A stretch of 64,000 nucleotides of DNA from Octopus sinensis (Eukaryota): positions 125,530-189,529 of the forward strand of contig NW_021832383.1 of the NCBI RefSeq assembly GCF_006345805.1, written 5' to 3'. Positions within the stretch are counted from its first letter, which is position 1; each line of letters starts with the position of its first letter. The notes beneath the pieces were generated by a model. The model did no database searches. It had not been told where the DNA came from and saw only the letters and a program-made list of their open reading frames with translations. Made by a program: the position numbers and the translations under genes. Of this stretch, positions 12,466 to 25,713 are shown piece by piece.

Positions 12466-12639
12466 CTTGTGTCTGAATTGGATTGAAGAATGGGAACTTT
12501 TCACTGTAAAGAGCCTCAAAAATTGAATTTCGTAAAGCAGAAACAGGCAATGGTTGAAGATCGAGAAGTTCTGTGGCAGGAGGGTACCGTTCTGGCAGGA
12601 TCAGGTGGCGAAATGATACTGGCAATTGAGTTTCAGCAC
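12466..12639 (-). CDS. SNRNP200: SNRNP200 exon 28 ([21 protein letters not shown]...FNPIQTQ), 174 nt
   Basis: tcccag / G|gttttt (weak donor, phase fits exon 29). Confidence 0.93.
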
Positions 12640-12918
12640 CTGGGAATTAAAGAAAAACACAACTGGAGCAAAGGTATTTGTGGAATGTTCAATAACGGAC
12701 ATATAATGCGCAGAGTTGATAGTCACTCAGAAGGTTGCAAAAAAGAAACGAAAGAACTTTGACAGAAAAATTGGATATTTTATAAATGAGTAGAATTGAA
12801 CCAGTGTGTTAATTATATTGGCATGATGACCCTCCCTAGACACAAAAAAGTTTGTTTCAACACACCAATTCACACAAAGAATCTTGCAAACTAGATAGAA
12901 AAACAGAGAAGGACTTAC

Positions 12919-13019
12919 CAATCCATCTATCTGATATGACTTTGATGAAATACTGTGGCGGAAGAGGTTCAAATACAGGAACAAAGAACTTCACCACATG
13001 TTCATCTTGGTTGAATTTG
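12919..13019 (-). CDS. SNRNP200: SNRNP200 exon 27 ([34 protein letters not shown]), 101 nt
   Basis: atttag / G|gtaagt. Confidence 0.95.
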
Positions 13020-14629
13020 CTAAATGGAATGGAAAAATCCCTTGATTATTTTTACAGAATTGGAAATAACTTGAATATTCTTTACAGATTAGAAAATACC
13101 TTGATGACACCTGCTATCCATGTGTTTCCAGATTGAAGAAAAACATTATTGAAATATAACAGATTCGTTTCTTTTTACTTTTTCTTTTCCATGGCATCAT
13201 GGGTTAGACACAAATATATTATTGATGCATTGTTTTACAGATGGATGCCTTTCCTGTCATTAATCTACAAAAGTTTTTCAAAACGTCATTGAATTTTTCA
13301 AGTTCTAATGGGAAAGAAAGGTGAGGGTAGATGTTCCTTCTTGAGCCATCCCTGGCTCATAAGGGCCAGTTTCCCGGTTTCCTTGACGTATAGGTTCCCC
13401 ACCTGGATGGGACGCCGGTCCGTCACAGGTGAGCTGCAAGATGCAGGAGGAGAGAGTGAGAGAAGGTTGTGGCGAAAGAGTCAGCAGAAGTTCGCCATTA
13501 CCTTCTGCCGGAGTCGCGTGGAGCTTAGGTGTTTCGCTCATAAACAGTCACATCGCCCGGTCTGAGACTCGAACCCGCTGCTCTAACCACTAGGCCATGT
13601 GCCTCTACTGAGGGTAGATGTAGAGCTGCAGTAACACAGCAATGAAAATAGCAAGAATGAATGGATCTATTCTCAGCATGCATCTGTAGGTCAAAGTGAT
13701 CCTGGGCCCGTAGGGTTTCTTGAGTGGCCCTAGATGGAGGTCAATGTTTTGTGGCATTTCGTTTGTCGTTATGTTTTGAGTTCAAGTTCCGCCAAGGTTG
13801 ACTTTTTCATCCTTTTGGGGTTGATAAAATAAGTCGTTGTCATGGCCAATGACAGTACCGCCTGATTGGCAAATAAAAAGCACCACTCGAGCGTGGTTAA
13901 TGCCAGTGCCGCTTGACTGGCTCCCGTGCTCATGGCATGTAAAAAGTACCATTTGAGTGTGGTCGATGCCAGTGGCACATAAAAAGCACCACTTGAGCAT
14001 GGTTGTTGCCAGTGCTGCTAGACTGGCTCCTGCGCTGGTTGCACGTAAAAAGCACCACTTGAGCATGGTTGATGCCAGTGCTGCTTGACTGGCTCCTGTG
14101 CTGGTTGCACGTAAAAAGCACCATTTGAGCGTGGTTGTTGCCAGTACTGCCTGACTGGCCCTTGTACCGGTGGCCTGTAAAAAGCACCCACTACACTCTT
14201 GGAGTGGTTGGCGCCAAGAAGGGCATCCAGCTGTAGAAACATTGCCAGATCAGATTTGAGCCTGGTGCAGCCTCCCGGCTCGCCAGCCCATACAACCCAT
14301 ACCAGTATGGAAATCCGATGTTAAACGACGATGATGATAAAAATAAATACCAGTTCAGTACTGGGGTTGATATAATTGACTTACCTCCTACCCCGAAATT
14401 GCTAACTTTCTGCCAAAATTTGAAATCAATATTATAATTATTTGGTTCAATCTGGCAAAATCTTTAGCAGGCCAGACAAAATGCTTAGCAGCATTTCATT
14501 TGTATTACAAAGGATGTAAGGGAAAACCATAATCACTGATATGATGAATCTAGCTACAATTACAGCTCCAGAGCCTGGATTCTACATGGTCAGCTGGTGC
14601 CAATGTTAACTTGACTTGACCTGAGACAG

Positions 14630-15000
14630 CATTCACCTGGGGTGGGTTGAGCTGGCTTCATTCATCCTCAATGCTGCATCTCTCACAAACGCCGACCAGG
14701 CCTGGCGATTTGAGGCTAACGACCGAGTGATCTCCAACCACTCCTTATTCCAGCGGCGAACGCTGTAGATATGGGGGCCTAGGTTGGGTTCCAGATCAGC
14801 CTTGACTGTCATCAGCCAGGTTTTTTGTTGTCCACCACATCGCTTTGGCCAACCTTGAAGGGGAGCTGGGGGCAATTGCTTCGTAGATGAATTCTCCTGG
14901 TTGACGACGGAGGGCATGACCTAGCCAACGCAGACGTCTCGTTAGAATGACTTGTCGGAGGCAGGTGATTTTGCAATGGTGTCGCACCAAATTGTTGGAG
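14630..15000 (-). mobile_element. Decayed LINE (RTE-like) ORF 3' end
   Basis: RRLRWLGHALRR / GWPKRCGGQQKTWLMTVKADL / ASNRQAW across two frames. Confidence 0.7.
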
Positions 15001-15118
15001 ACAAAGTGATGTTAACTTTAACGACAGCAATTATTGTCCTACCCATGCCAGCATGGAAGACGGATATTAAACAATGATGATGATGATGATGAGGAATTTT
15101 TGAGTTGATTTCCATTTA

Positions 15119-15262
<144 letters not shown>

Positions 15263-15599
15263 CTAAAAAATTACTTTACACACACATTTGCAAACATTCT
15301 GTTATTATCCTTTCTTCTATAGGCACAAGGGCTGAAACTTGGGGGAGGGGCACAAAAACACACACAGATATATAGTGTGTGCGTATATATATATATATAT
15401 ATATATATACACTATCGCCATGATAGATCGGTAGCCACTACACATTTTTTTCTCTCCTTATTTCTTTCTGTGCTCCTTTCTGTAGAAGAGCGTAGGCTCG
15501 AAATGTAAAAGACTTTTTCAATTCCTGAGCGTTATACTAATACATCTGTTTGTTTTCTACACCATCTGTCTGTGTCATGTTTTTTTCGTGAATTCTCCC

Positions 15600-15637
<38 letters not shown>

Positions 15638-15940
15638 ATATTATATATATATATATGTCATCATCATCATCAACATATGACGATGACACGCTTCTCCTCA
15701 GTTTCTGTCAACTAAATCTACTGACAAGGCTTTGGCTGGCCTGAGGCTGTAGTTGAAAACACCTGCCCAAGCTGCCACGCAGTGGGATTGAACCTGGAGC
15801 CATGTGGTTGACGAGCAAGCTTCTTGGTGCTGGGTAGTAGGACTGAACCCATGACCACATGGTTGGAAAGCAAACTTCTTAACTACACAGCCATGCCTGC
15901 ACTTACATATGCTGTTGAATATAATAAGTGAAAGACTCAC

Positions 15941-16232
15941 CTCAGAGTGGCCATGAACCTTCTCTTCCCATTGGAAATCAGGAGTGATGGTCAGTTCGAC
16001 TTTGAGGGTGGACCGCGTGATTGGTTGGATATGAACCGAAAGTTCCAGTTTGGGAAACTGGTGCACATATTTGTGGATGGTCTTGCCCATTTTTGGCATT
16101 CGTATGAACTCACCAATTTCGTTAGGGTTCAAATCATACAGACGGTCAAAGGGGAAATTTTTCTTCTCTATTTTTTTAATTACTTCCTCAGGAATTTTCC
16201 GGAACTGACGCAGAGGGCTCATGGATTGCCAC
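15941..16232 (-). CDS. SNRNP200: SNRNP200 exon 25 ([18 protein letters not shown]...EKVHGHSE), 292 nt
   Basis: ttccag / GAG|gtgagt. Confidence 0.96.
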
Positions 16233-17158
16233 CTGGAATGAAAAACAAAACATCAGTTAGTCTAGCCCTTTTACCATTCAAGGTACTTTGTCAAATCTAA
16301 CGCTTATCTATTCACATTGTTTTGAATTAATCAACTGTTATCTCATAGGTTTGGAATTTCAATGATGTGATGGTTTATTTTTAGAATGACATTGTAGGAT
16401 AGGTGTGAGAGGCCAGGCTGGTTTAACCCTTTAACATTCAGATTACTCTGTCAAACGTGATGCTTATTTATCCACATTGTTTTCAATGAATCATGTATTA
16501 TCTATTTCATTGCTTCAAGATTTTTATGTGACTGTTTATATTTAGAATGACATTGTAGGGTAGGTGGAAAAGGTTGGATCTGGCTAGTCTGAACATAAAA
16601 CAGGTAGAATATTTGAACTGACTGGCCTCCGTGCCGGTGGCACGTAAAAAGCACCATCTGATCGTGGTCGTTTCCCAGCCTCGTCTGGCCCCCGTGCCGG
16701 TGGCACATAAAAGGCACCATCCAATCGTGGCTGTTTCCCAGCCTCGTCTGGCACCTGTGCAGGTGGCACGTAAAAAGCACCCACTACACTCACGGAGTGG
16801 TTGGCGTTAGGAAGGGCATCCAGCTGTAGAAATACTGCCAGATCAGACTGGGCCTGGTGCAGACTTCTGGCTTCCCAGACCCCAATCAAACCGTCCAACC
16901 CATGGAAAGCGGACGTTAAACGATGATGATGATATGGCCAGATTAATTAGTAAAGGCTTAATAAGACAAAATAAGCAAAGGTTTTCTATATTTTCTAGGA
17001 GCAGGAGGTTCATTTTTGCCAGCTGAGTGGACTGCAGCAATGTGAAATAAAGTGTCTTGCTCAAGGACACAACAAACTTTGTGATTGGAAACTGAACAGC
17101 CGAACCACTAAGCCATGCACCTTCGCTTAATAAAACAAATTAATGAATCTCAACTTAC

Positions 17159-17349
17159 ATTCTTTTGTCAACCATCTTGCAGAGTGTGAGGGCTTTGTCG
17201 ACCAACTGGGCCCAGCCGTGATGTAAGACTATCTCAAAAATGGCTCTCATGAGCCGGCCGGCCGACTGAGTGATAAATACCATGTCAGCCATCAACGCAA
17301 AGCCTTCCAGTTTCAATTGTGAGATGTAGGCTTGTAGCAGGACATTCAC
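17159..17349 (-). CDS. SNRNP200: SNRNP200 exon 24 ([24 protein letters not shown]...KMVDKR), 191 nt
   Basis: tttcag / AT|gtaagt. Confidence 0.96.
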
Positions 17350-17416
17350 CTGAAAGAGACGAAAGAAAACCAAGGGCGATCAAATGAAGGTGGAAATACT
17401 GAATTAATTATGAGAC

Positions 17417-17872
17417 ACATTATTTACATTTGATGGATATTTGTCCTCATCTTGTTTGTTAACACAATGTTTCGGCTGATATACCCTCCAGCCTTCATCA
17501 GGTGTCTTGAGAAAATTTCAAACCTGGGTTCTCATTCCTAAGGTATTTTTTTATATCATTATTATTCAGGTCACTGTCTGGAATCAAACTCGGAATCTTG
17601 GGGTTAATAGCCTGCGCTCTTAACCACTACACCATATAGTTTGGTTAAGAGTATAGTGGTTAAGAGCGTGGGCTACTAACCCCAAGATTTCGAGTTCGAT
17701 TCCAGGCAGTAACCTGAATAATAATAATAACATCAAAAAATACCTTAGGAATGAGAACCCAGGTTTGAAATTTCCCCAAGACACCTGATGAAGGCTGGAG
17801 GGTATATCAGCTGAAACATTATGTTAACAACAAACAAGATGAGGACAAATATCTGTCAAATGTAAATAATGT
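17417..17872. mobile_element. Head-to-head inverted dimer of a tRNA-headed element with a hammerhead-like tail
   Basis: Arms ~17417-17629 and ~17654-17872 are diverged reverse complements. A/B-box-like TGGTGTAGTGG (left arm) and GAGTTCGATTCC (right arm) lie near the centre, and CTGATGA-A-GGCTG...CAGC(C/T)-GAAAC occurs in each arm. Confidence 0.7.
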
Positions 17873-18604
17873 ACATAATTCCACATCTCTTAAATATAGA
17901 ACTGTAAATATGAGGCAGTTTAAAAAATGGGAAAGTGGATGTTACACAAATATTAGATCAGAAAAATACCAATAGTGATCAATCAGACCAGCTCAGATAT
18001 TTTTCAGCTCAAAATTTCAGTATTAGTCACAATTGTAAAATCAAGTTCCATCATAACAACCCAAAACCTAGCACCTGATGCATCATCACTGTGTTTTTTT
18101 ATGTCTATTTTTCTATGCTTGCATGGGTTAGATGTAATTCCACCGAGACTGATTTTCTACAACTGGATGCTCTTCCTGTCACCAACATTCCCCTTCTGCT
18201 GAACAAAGTAATATTTTCTCTTAGTCTGGACATGGTTTCACAGGACATTACAGACAAATAGCATCAGTTGCCTGCCGATGATGTTTGTTTACAATCAGTA
18301 TGTAATATTTCAAAATAAGGAGATGGAAATAGACAAATACACACATATTTATATATATATATATATATATATATTAATTTCTTTACTACCCACAAGGGGC
18401 TAAACAAGGACAGACAAAGGGATTAAGTCGATTCCATCGACCCCAGTGCGTAACTGGTACTTAATTTATCGACCCCGAAAGGATGAAAGGCAAAGTCAAC
18501 CTCAGCGGAATTTGAACTCAGAACGTAACGGCAGACGAAATACGGCTACCGTTTCTGCCAGCTCGCCACCTTCATATATATATATAATGTTTCTCTCTGT
18601 GTAT

Positions 18605-18663
18605 ATTCCACTGATGAGGCAAAGCATTCCTAAATGCAAAGCCAGAAATCCGGGATCTGGAAT
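18605..18663 (+). ncRNA. Minimal type-I hammerhead ribozyme motif in a (TA)n-flanked insert (~18587-18800)
   Basis: ATTCCA-CTGATGA-GGC...GCC-A-GAAA-TCCGGGA-TC/-TGGAAT: 6-bp stem I, canonical core, near-palindromic stem III, one extra A before GAAA. Confidence 0.65.
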
Positions 18664-19207
18664 TATCCAGTAATTTTTTACTAGTTTTATTTTGTCTTCT
18701 CTCCGTGTGCTATATGAACACTTAAAGTGGTTTTAGAGTCAGATCATGGCTACTATTTTCAGCATGGCAGTATCTCGTAGATACCCTAAGTTATAATTTT
18801 ATATATATATATATATATAGTAATAAGATCCAAGGATCTAAGAGTAGGAAGTTTGTACTCTTCTCTGTGAAAGCATAGTCATAACCGATGCCAGTAGCAC
18901 ATAAAAGCACCCATTACACTCTTGGAGTGGTAGGCATTAAGAATGGCATTCAGCCATAGAATGCCGTGCCGAACCAGACTGGATCTTGGTGCAGCTGTCT
19001 GGCTTACCAGTTCCAGTCAAACTGTCCCACCCATGCCAGCATGGAAAGCAGACACAAAATGATGAAGATGACGAGCAGTCTGTTTCGTGCTTTTAAGATA
19101 TTTTAAAGGTTTTTAAGGTATTCAAAGTATTTTAAGGTTTTACTTTGAGCAGTTTGAAAGCTTGGAGTAGGAAACATATGCAGCCTGAATTTTACCTGCC
19201 ACAATTT

Positions 19208-19240
<33 letters not shown>

Positions 19241-19898
19241 TCGTTAGCCACTACACACATTTTTTTTCTCTCCTTGTTTTTTTCTGTGTCCCTTTCTGTA
19301 GAAGAGCGTAGGCTTGAAACGTAAAAGACTTTTTCTATTCCTGAGCGTTATACTAATACATCTGTTTGTTTTGTACACCACCTGTCTTCATCTTTCCTTT
19401 TTTTCGTAAACTCTCCCTATATATATATATATTAAATTAGAGATAAAACCACTATTAGGCAAATCAAACAATGAAAAACGTAAGCCAATACATAAAATTA
19501 ATTAATTTATATTATTTTTTGATATATATTTAAAATAATATAAATTAATTAATTTTATGTATTGGCTTACGATTTCATTGTTTGATTTGCCTAATAGTGG
19601 TTTTATCTCTAATTTAATATATAATATAATATTTTACTATAAAATTGGATTCAATCCTAAATCTGATTTTTCCCTGTAAGTTTGGATTTATTCCCTAATA
19701 TTTTATATATATATATATATATATATACATACACACATACATATATTAGTTCAAATTTACAAAAAACAAAAGACGAAGACAGGTGTAGGAACAAGTATGT
19801 GCATTAGAAATAGATAGACAGGAAAACAGAGGGGGTGGGTGGAGAGAGAGAGTATGCAAGATAGACACAGCTTCAACAAATGAAAAGATGACACTTAC

Positions 19899-19979
19899 CT
19901 TGGCACTGGGTTCTTCAATACTTTCCTTGATTGGAATCGGCACACGTTCAAGAAGCTTTAGCAATTCCAGTTTTTCTTC
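19899..19979 (-). CDS. SNRNP200: SNRNP200 exon 23 ([27 protein letters not shown]), 81 nt
   Basis: ttgcag / AAG|gtaagt; Sec63 domain. Confidence 0.96.
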
Positions 19980-20671
19980 CTGCAAAAATAATAATGAGGA
20001 TGATGATGATAAAATACTTTAAATAAACCAAACTATATTAAAAAAAAAACAACTTTTGTTCAAGCTTGCATGAAAGAAATGGCTTACATGTTGGAGCAAT
20101 TACTGTTACAGTTCGGTGTCCTTCCTACAAGCTATTCAACCATAGAGAATAAATGCCTTTTATCCTGTTTAGTCAGGCAAATCAAGGCAAGCAGAGTTAT
20201 GTACCTTACAATATTTGTTCCAAATTTTGGCAACAATTTTCAGGGGAACAGATAAATCAATTCCATTGACCCTCAGTGCACACCTGGTACTTATTTTACT
20301 GACCCTGGCAGCATTTGAACTCAAAACAAAGTCTGAAGAAATGCGGCTAAGCATATTCTCTCATCATCATCATTGTTCGACCGTGGTCGAGACAATGGAA
20401 TTTACCATGCTACGCCAGACTTCACGGTCCATCATGGCATTACGGAGGTCCTGTTGCTGGATGCCTGTATCCCTGGAGATTACATCAGGGTAGGAGAGTG
20501 TGCGCCCTTTGTGGTAACAATTCTTCCAGATCGCTGCCTTCAATCTTACTCATGATATTAACAGTGTCTCACGACAGACTTTTTGTTCTGATGTTTCAAT
20601 GTGGAAGGGAAGAGAAACCCAAAGAACAACAAAAACTAATAATGGAAATAAAAGACAAGACCAATAATCAC

Positions 20672-20824
20672 CTCACGGACTGTGATGTTTCTGAATTCCG
20701 AAGACAACGAGAAAACCCTGAAGAGTTCGATTTCGCTAAGAGTTTGTTTCAAAAGTTGGTTGTATGTTGCCATAGTTTCATGACTACAATAGAAATGGCT
20801 AGCAATACGACCAAGCTCCGTTAC
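20672..20824 (-). CDS. SNRNP200: SNRNP200 exon 22 ([18 protein letters not shown]...EFRNITVRE), 153 nt
   Basis: tttcag / GAG|gtgatt. Confidence 0.95.
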
Positions 20825-22160
20825 CTGAAAGAAGAAAAGAAAAAAAAAAAATTTAAAACAAAATCAAAGAATTCAAGGCATCGTTTCCAAAGGAGTTATT
20901 TAAATTTTAACCCTCAAGCATTTAAAACTGGCCATATCCACGCTCCTAACATTCTACCTATTTTATGATGGAACTTACCAGATCTGGTTTCTTACATCTA
21001 CCCTGCAATGTCATTCTAAAAGCATATACAACCACATCATCAAATTTTCGAAGCTATGAGACAATGTATGATTAATACAAAACAATATTAAGAAATACGT
21101 ATTACATTTGACAGAGTAATTTGAATGCTAAAGGGTTAATCCAATACAATTCAGACCTATGAAATCCTCTTGTGCAAAGCAAAGACCTTCAACTTACTGT
21201 AAACATTTATTGGTAAGAACATGCGGAAATTTTCATCACTTGAAACTGCAACCTGTTCTCTTGACCTAAAAAGTTTGCTAAAACCTCGTTCGAAAATAAA
21301 TCCGGAATCACAATAAATTGGTCTGATAACTGAATGAGAGTAATTTTGACCAAAGTGAGTTTCATTTGGCTTTTGTTAATATCAATGGGCAAGACCATTG
21401 CCAGTACCACCAAACTGGTCCTCGTGCCGGTGGCATGTAAAAGCACCCACTACACTCTCAGAGTGGTTGGCGTTAGGAAGGGCATCCAGCTGTAGAAACT
21501 CTGCCAGATCAGATTGGAGTCTGGTTCGCCAGGCCTCAGTCAAATCGTCCAACCCATGCTAGCATGGAAAGCGGACGTTAAACGATGATGATGATGATAC
21601 ACTGGAGTAAATTTGGTACCTGAGTATCGTTTATCTGTATACTCCTAGCATTAATCTACAAACTCAACTGAGTATCGTTTATCTCAGTACTTCTGATGTT
21701 AATTCATAAACTCCAACATCATCATCATCATCGTTTAACGTCCGCTTTCCATGCTAGCATGGGTTGGACGGTTCAACTGGGGTCTGGGAAGCCAGGAGGC
21801 TGCACCAAGCCCAGTCTGATCTGGCTGTGTTTCTACAGCTGGATGCCCTTCCTTACGCCAACCACTCCGTGAGTGTAGTGGGTGCTTTTTACGTGCCAGA
21901 CAAGGCTGGCAATGGCCCCCAAGTGAATAATTAGTTTTAGACAACTGATACATAAACGATCTAAGACTGTATGTATGGTTTTGACAGCACTGAAGCTGAA
22001 TAAGGCCCAACTTGTTGGAAATCAGAATTTTTTGGTCATTGGACCTGTTTAAGCTCAGAAATATTTCAGTGCAAGATAAAGCATTGATACATTGCTATTT
22101 GTTCATTAGATAAGAAATTGGTGTCCATTCCTGCAAAGGAATAAGACTCGAAAGACTCAC

Positions 22161-22442
22161 CTGAAAATTTCCAGTTTTACGGTCATATTTCATCAAATTG
22201 TGTTTGTCGAGTAAAGACGCAGCTGAGTGGACGAGGTCTTTCCGTCTTTGTTCTAAGACAGGATCGTCTTTCTGGTGGTCAATACTAACACCATAAAGAG
22301 GGCCAGAACGCAGCATGCGGATATAGAGGTATGTGTAGCCGAGCCAATTAATGGCTTCTTTCATGTTCTGGACGGTGCCAAGGACCACTTCAGCATTGAG
22401 ATTATCGGCAAGCTTTGTAATGAACTGGCTTTCAATTGGCAA
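22161..22442 (-). CDS. SNRNP200: SNRNP200 exon 21 ([22 protein letters not shown]...KTGNFQ), 282 nt
   Basis: ttctag / CAG|gtgagt; winged-helix region. Confidence 0.96.
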
Positions 22443-22779
22443 CTAGAAAAAAAACAAAAAAACAAATAAAATAAACATATAATTATTTGGAAGGATTTTT
22501 ACTACAATGAAATAAACGAATTATAGCTGTCATCATCATCGTTTAACATCCGCTTTCCATGCTAGCATGGGTTTGACGGTTCAACTGGGGTCTGAGAAGC
22601 CAGGAGGCTGCACAAGGCCCAGGCTGATCTGGCAATGTTACTACGGCTGGATGCCCTTCCTAACGCCAACCACTCCGTGAGTGTAGTGGGTGCTTTTTAC
22701 GTGCCAGACGAAGCTGGCAATGGCCACGATCGGATGGTGCTTTTTACGTGCCACTGTGACTATTATTATTATTATTCCA

Positions 22780-23100
22780 CAAAATGGCACTTTCTGTAGG
22801 TTGACAATGCCAGTTTCAATTCCAACATCTTTCAGCATCTTAGGTAGCATTTTGGGCATGATGCCAAGTTCACCATTACCACAAGGACAATTGTCATGTT
22901 AGTCTTCCACAAACACTTCATCTCTCTGGACTAGTTCCAGTAATTTCTCAATTTCTTTGGCACTTACTCAATTATTGCAAGGCATTGTAAAGTCTATGAT
23001 CTTACACACTATTTATTTCTTTGGTCTTCTGTAATTATATATGATCTTTTTGCTTCAATAGTGTGGACAAACTTTGTAGAGAAATCCTATAAAATCTTGT
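22780..23100 (-). mobile_element. Possible remnant of a restriction-endonuclease-type non-LTR element C-terminus
   Basis: Degenerate, frameshifted IIDFTMP...KEIEK...LGIMPK...LQK pattern. Confidence 0.35.
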
Positions 23101-23650
23101 AATCATTATTATCATTATTAAGGTGGCGTGCTGATAGAACCGTTAGCACACAAAATGAAATGCTTAGTGGTATTTCGCCTGCCTCCAAGTTCAGGGTTCC
23201 AATTCCTCCAAGGTTGACTTTGCCATTCATCCTTTCGGGGTCAATAAAATAAGTACCAGTGAAACACTGGGGTCAATGTAATCGACTATCCCCCACCCCT
23301 CCCCACAAAATTTCAGGCCTTGCACCTATAGTAGAGAGTATAATAATAATTATTCATTGTAAACCTAGCTGAAGTCAACATTGTCTTTTATCCATTTCAT
23401 ACAATTTCTTGCCAGTACCGCCTGACTGGCCCTGTGCCGGTGACACACTCTCGGAGTGGTTGGCATTAGGAAGGGCATCCAACTGTAGAAACTCTGCCAG
23501 ATCAAGATTGGTGCAGCCATCTGGTTCGCCAGTCCTCAGTCATTTGTCCAACCCATGCTAGCATGGAAAGCGGACGTTAAACGATGATGATGATGATGAT
23601 GATGGCATTAAGACAAATATAATGTTTTCTAACCTAACTAATTAACTATA

Positions 23651-24125
23651 TTAACCCTTTCGTTACCAACCCGGCCAAAACCGGCTCTGGCTCTGTAGTA
23701 TAAATGTCTTGTTTTCATTAGTTTTTCATTAAAATATACCAGCAAACCTTAGTTGCAATTTATGTTCCTAACACTAGCTTAATGATAACTAAGTTATTTT
23801 ACTAAATTCTTTGTTATATTTAAAATAATTGAAAGAAACACAGAGCATCTCAAAATAAATATGGTAACAAAAGGGTTAAAATACATAATAGAGAAACAAT
23901 TCTTAACCCTTTTGATACCAACCTGGCTGAAACCACCTCTGGCTCTGTAGTACAAGTGTCTTGTTTTTATAAGTTTTGAATCTTCCACCAAACCTTAGTC
24001 ACAATTTATGTTCCTAACACTAGCTGAATGATAAGTAAGTTATTTTACTAAATTCATTGTTATATTTAAAATAACTGAAAGAAACACAGAGCATCTCAAA
24101 ATAAATACATTAACAAAAGGGTTAA
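23651..24125. mobile_element. piggyBac-type MITE family A, tandem dimer
   Basis: TTAA|CCCTTTCGTTAC...GTAACAAAAGGG|TTAA units of ~225 bp separated by a ~23-bp spacer. Confidence 0.85.
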
Positions 24126-24161
24126 GAGATGTGAGGAAAAGAAACCCCACCAAATCCTTAC

Positions 24162-24266
24162 CTGTTGGTTCATGAGTGAAAGGTAATATTGAAGTTCGCT
24201 ATGGTTTGTTATCATGATACCTTCTCCTCTTGTGTCATATTGGGGCCGACCTGCTCGACCAAGCAT
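24162..24266 (-). CDS. SNRNP200: SNRNP200 exon 20 ([16 protein letters not shown]...LSLMNQQ), 105 nt
   Basis: atccag / CAG|gtaagg; motif VI. Confidence 0.96.
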
Positions 24267-25713
24267 CTGGATAAAAAAAAGAAAAACATGGGAAGTTAAA
24301 CAAGACAAACAAACAAACTTGAAACTAGAGAGGATTAACCCTTTAGCCGTCACATTATTCAGTCAAAAGTAATATCTATTCACATTGTTTTGAATTAATC
24401 ATGGATTATCTCACAGCTTTGGAGATTTTGATGAGGTAACTTAATCTTTAGAATGATATTGTAGGGTTGGTTGTGAGAAGCCAGATCTGGTTGGTTTCAA
24501 ATGAAATGGATAGAATATTTTGGTTGGTTTAAATGCTAACTAGATCCAGCCAGCTTAAACACACAATAGATAGAATATTTGGGCTGGATAAGGCTGGTTT
24601 AAAAGTTTTATTCTTTATAACAAGCACTTAGGTTCTAACACAGAGGGGACAATACAAGGACAGACACAACACCACAGTGGGGACAAAAACAAAACAGATG
24701 CCATGAAATGTATAAAATTAATGATAATGAAATGGCTGCCTTGAGTCCCACTCTGAAGCAGTTCCATTTTAAATGTCTTTACATACAGTTTTTAATCGTT
24801 TTCTTTTCCCACCTTTTCTTTCTATTAGCATCATATTTATATTCTATTGTTTTAACAATTACTTACTTTTTTTTTTTTGAAGTCATTAAAGGTTTAACTG
24901 TTAAAGAGTTAAGTCATACTTGACTGAACTACTCCAGAAGTCAGATCTTATGTCGTACTGTCAGCATAGAGACGAAGTAAGATTCAGACGTGTGAAGATC
25001 TGATGTGCTGTACTGCAATCTGATGCTAACAGGGAAGAATCTAGGCCAAAACAATTATGTCGCCTTACTGGTACTTATGCCTGTGCTAGTAGGGTGCCAA
25101 GAGCACCATCCGAGCGTGATCGTTGCCAGAGCAGTCAACTGGCTTCCGTACCCGTGGCACGTAAAAGGGCACCATTCGAGCGTGATCGTTACCAACGTCG
25201 CTTCACTGGCACGTGTAAAAAGATTCGAGTGAGGTTGTTGCCAGTACTACCTGACTGGCCCCCGTGCCAGTGGCACGTAAAAAGCACCCACTACACTCTC
25301 GGAGTGGTTGGTGTTAGGAAGGGCATCCAGCTGTAGAAACTCTGCCAGATCAAGATTGGAGCCTGGTGCAGCCATCTGGTTCGCCAGTCCTCAGTCAAAA
25401 TCGTCCAACCCATGCTAGCATGGAAAGCGGACGTTAAACGATGATGATGATGATGATGATGAAATAACTATTTTCAAAACTGTAATATGATACCTAAATT
25501 TTAAGAATTCTTAGCTCTTAAAAACTTCATGATGTTCATCAAATGAAGCAAATCTTTCATCAGACACCATTCCCAAATGATCTGGAACCAACTGCTGACA
25601 GTTGATAACCTATGAACAAGGAATCAAGTAGCATATCCACCAAACCGTTTTAATTCTATTCTCTGCCAAACTGAATAGATGGAAGATTCTAAATATTGGT
25701 CCATGAGACTTAC

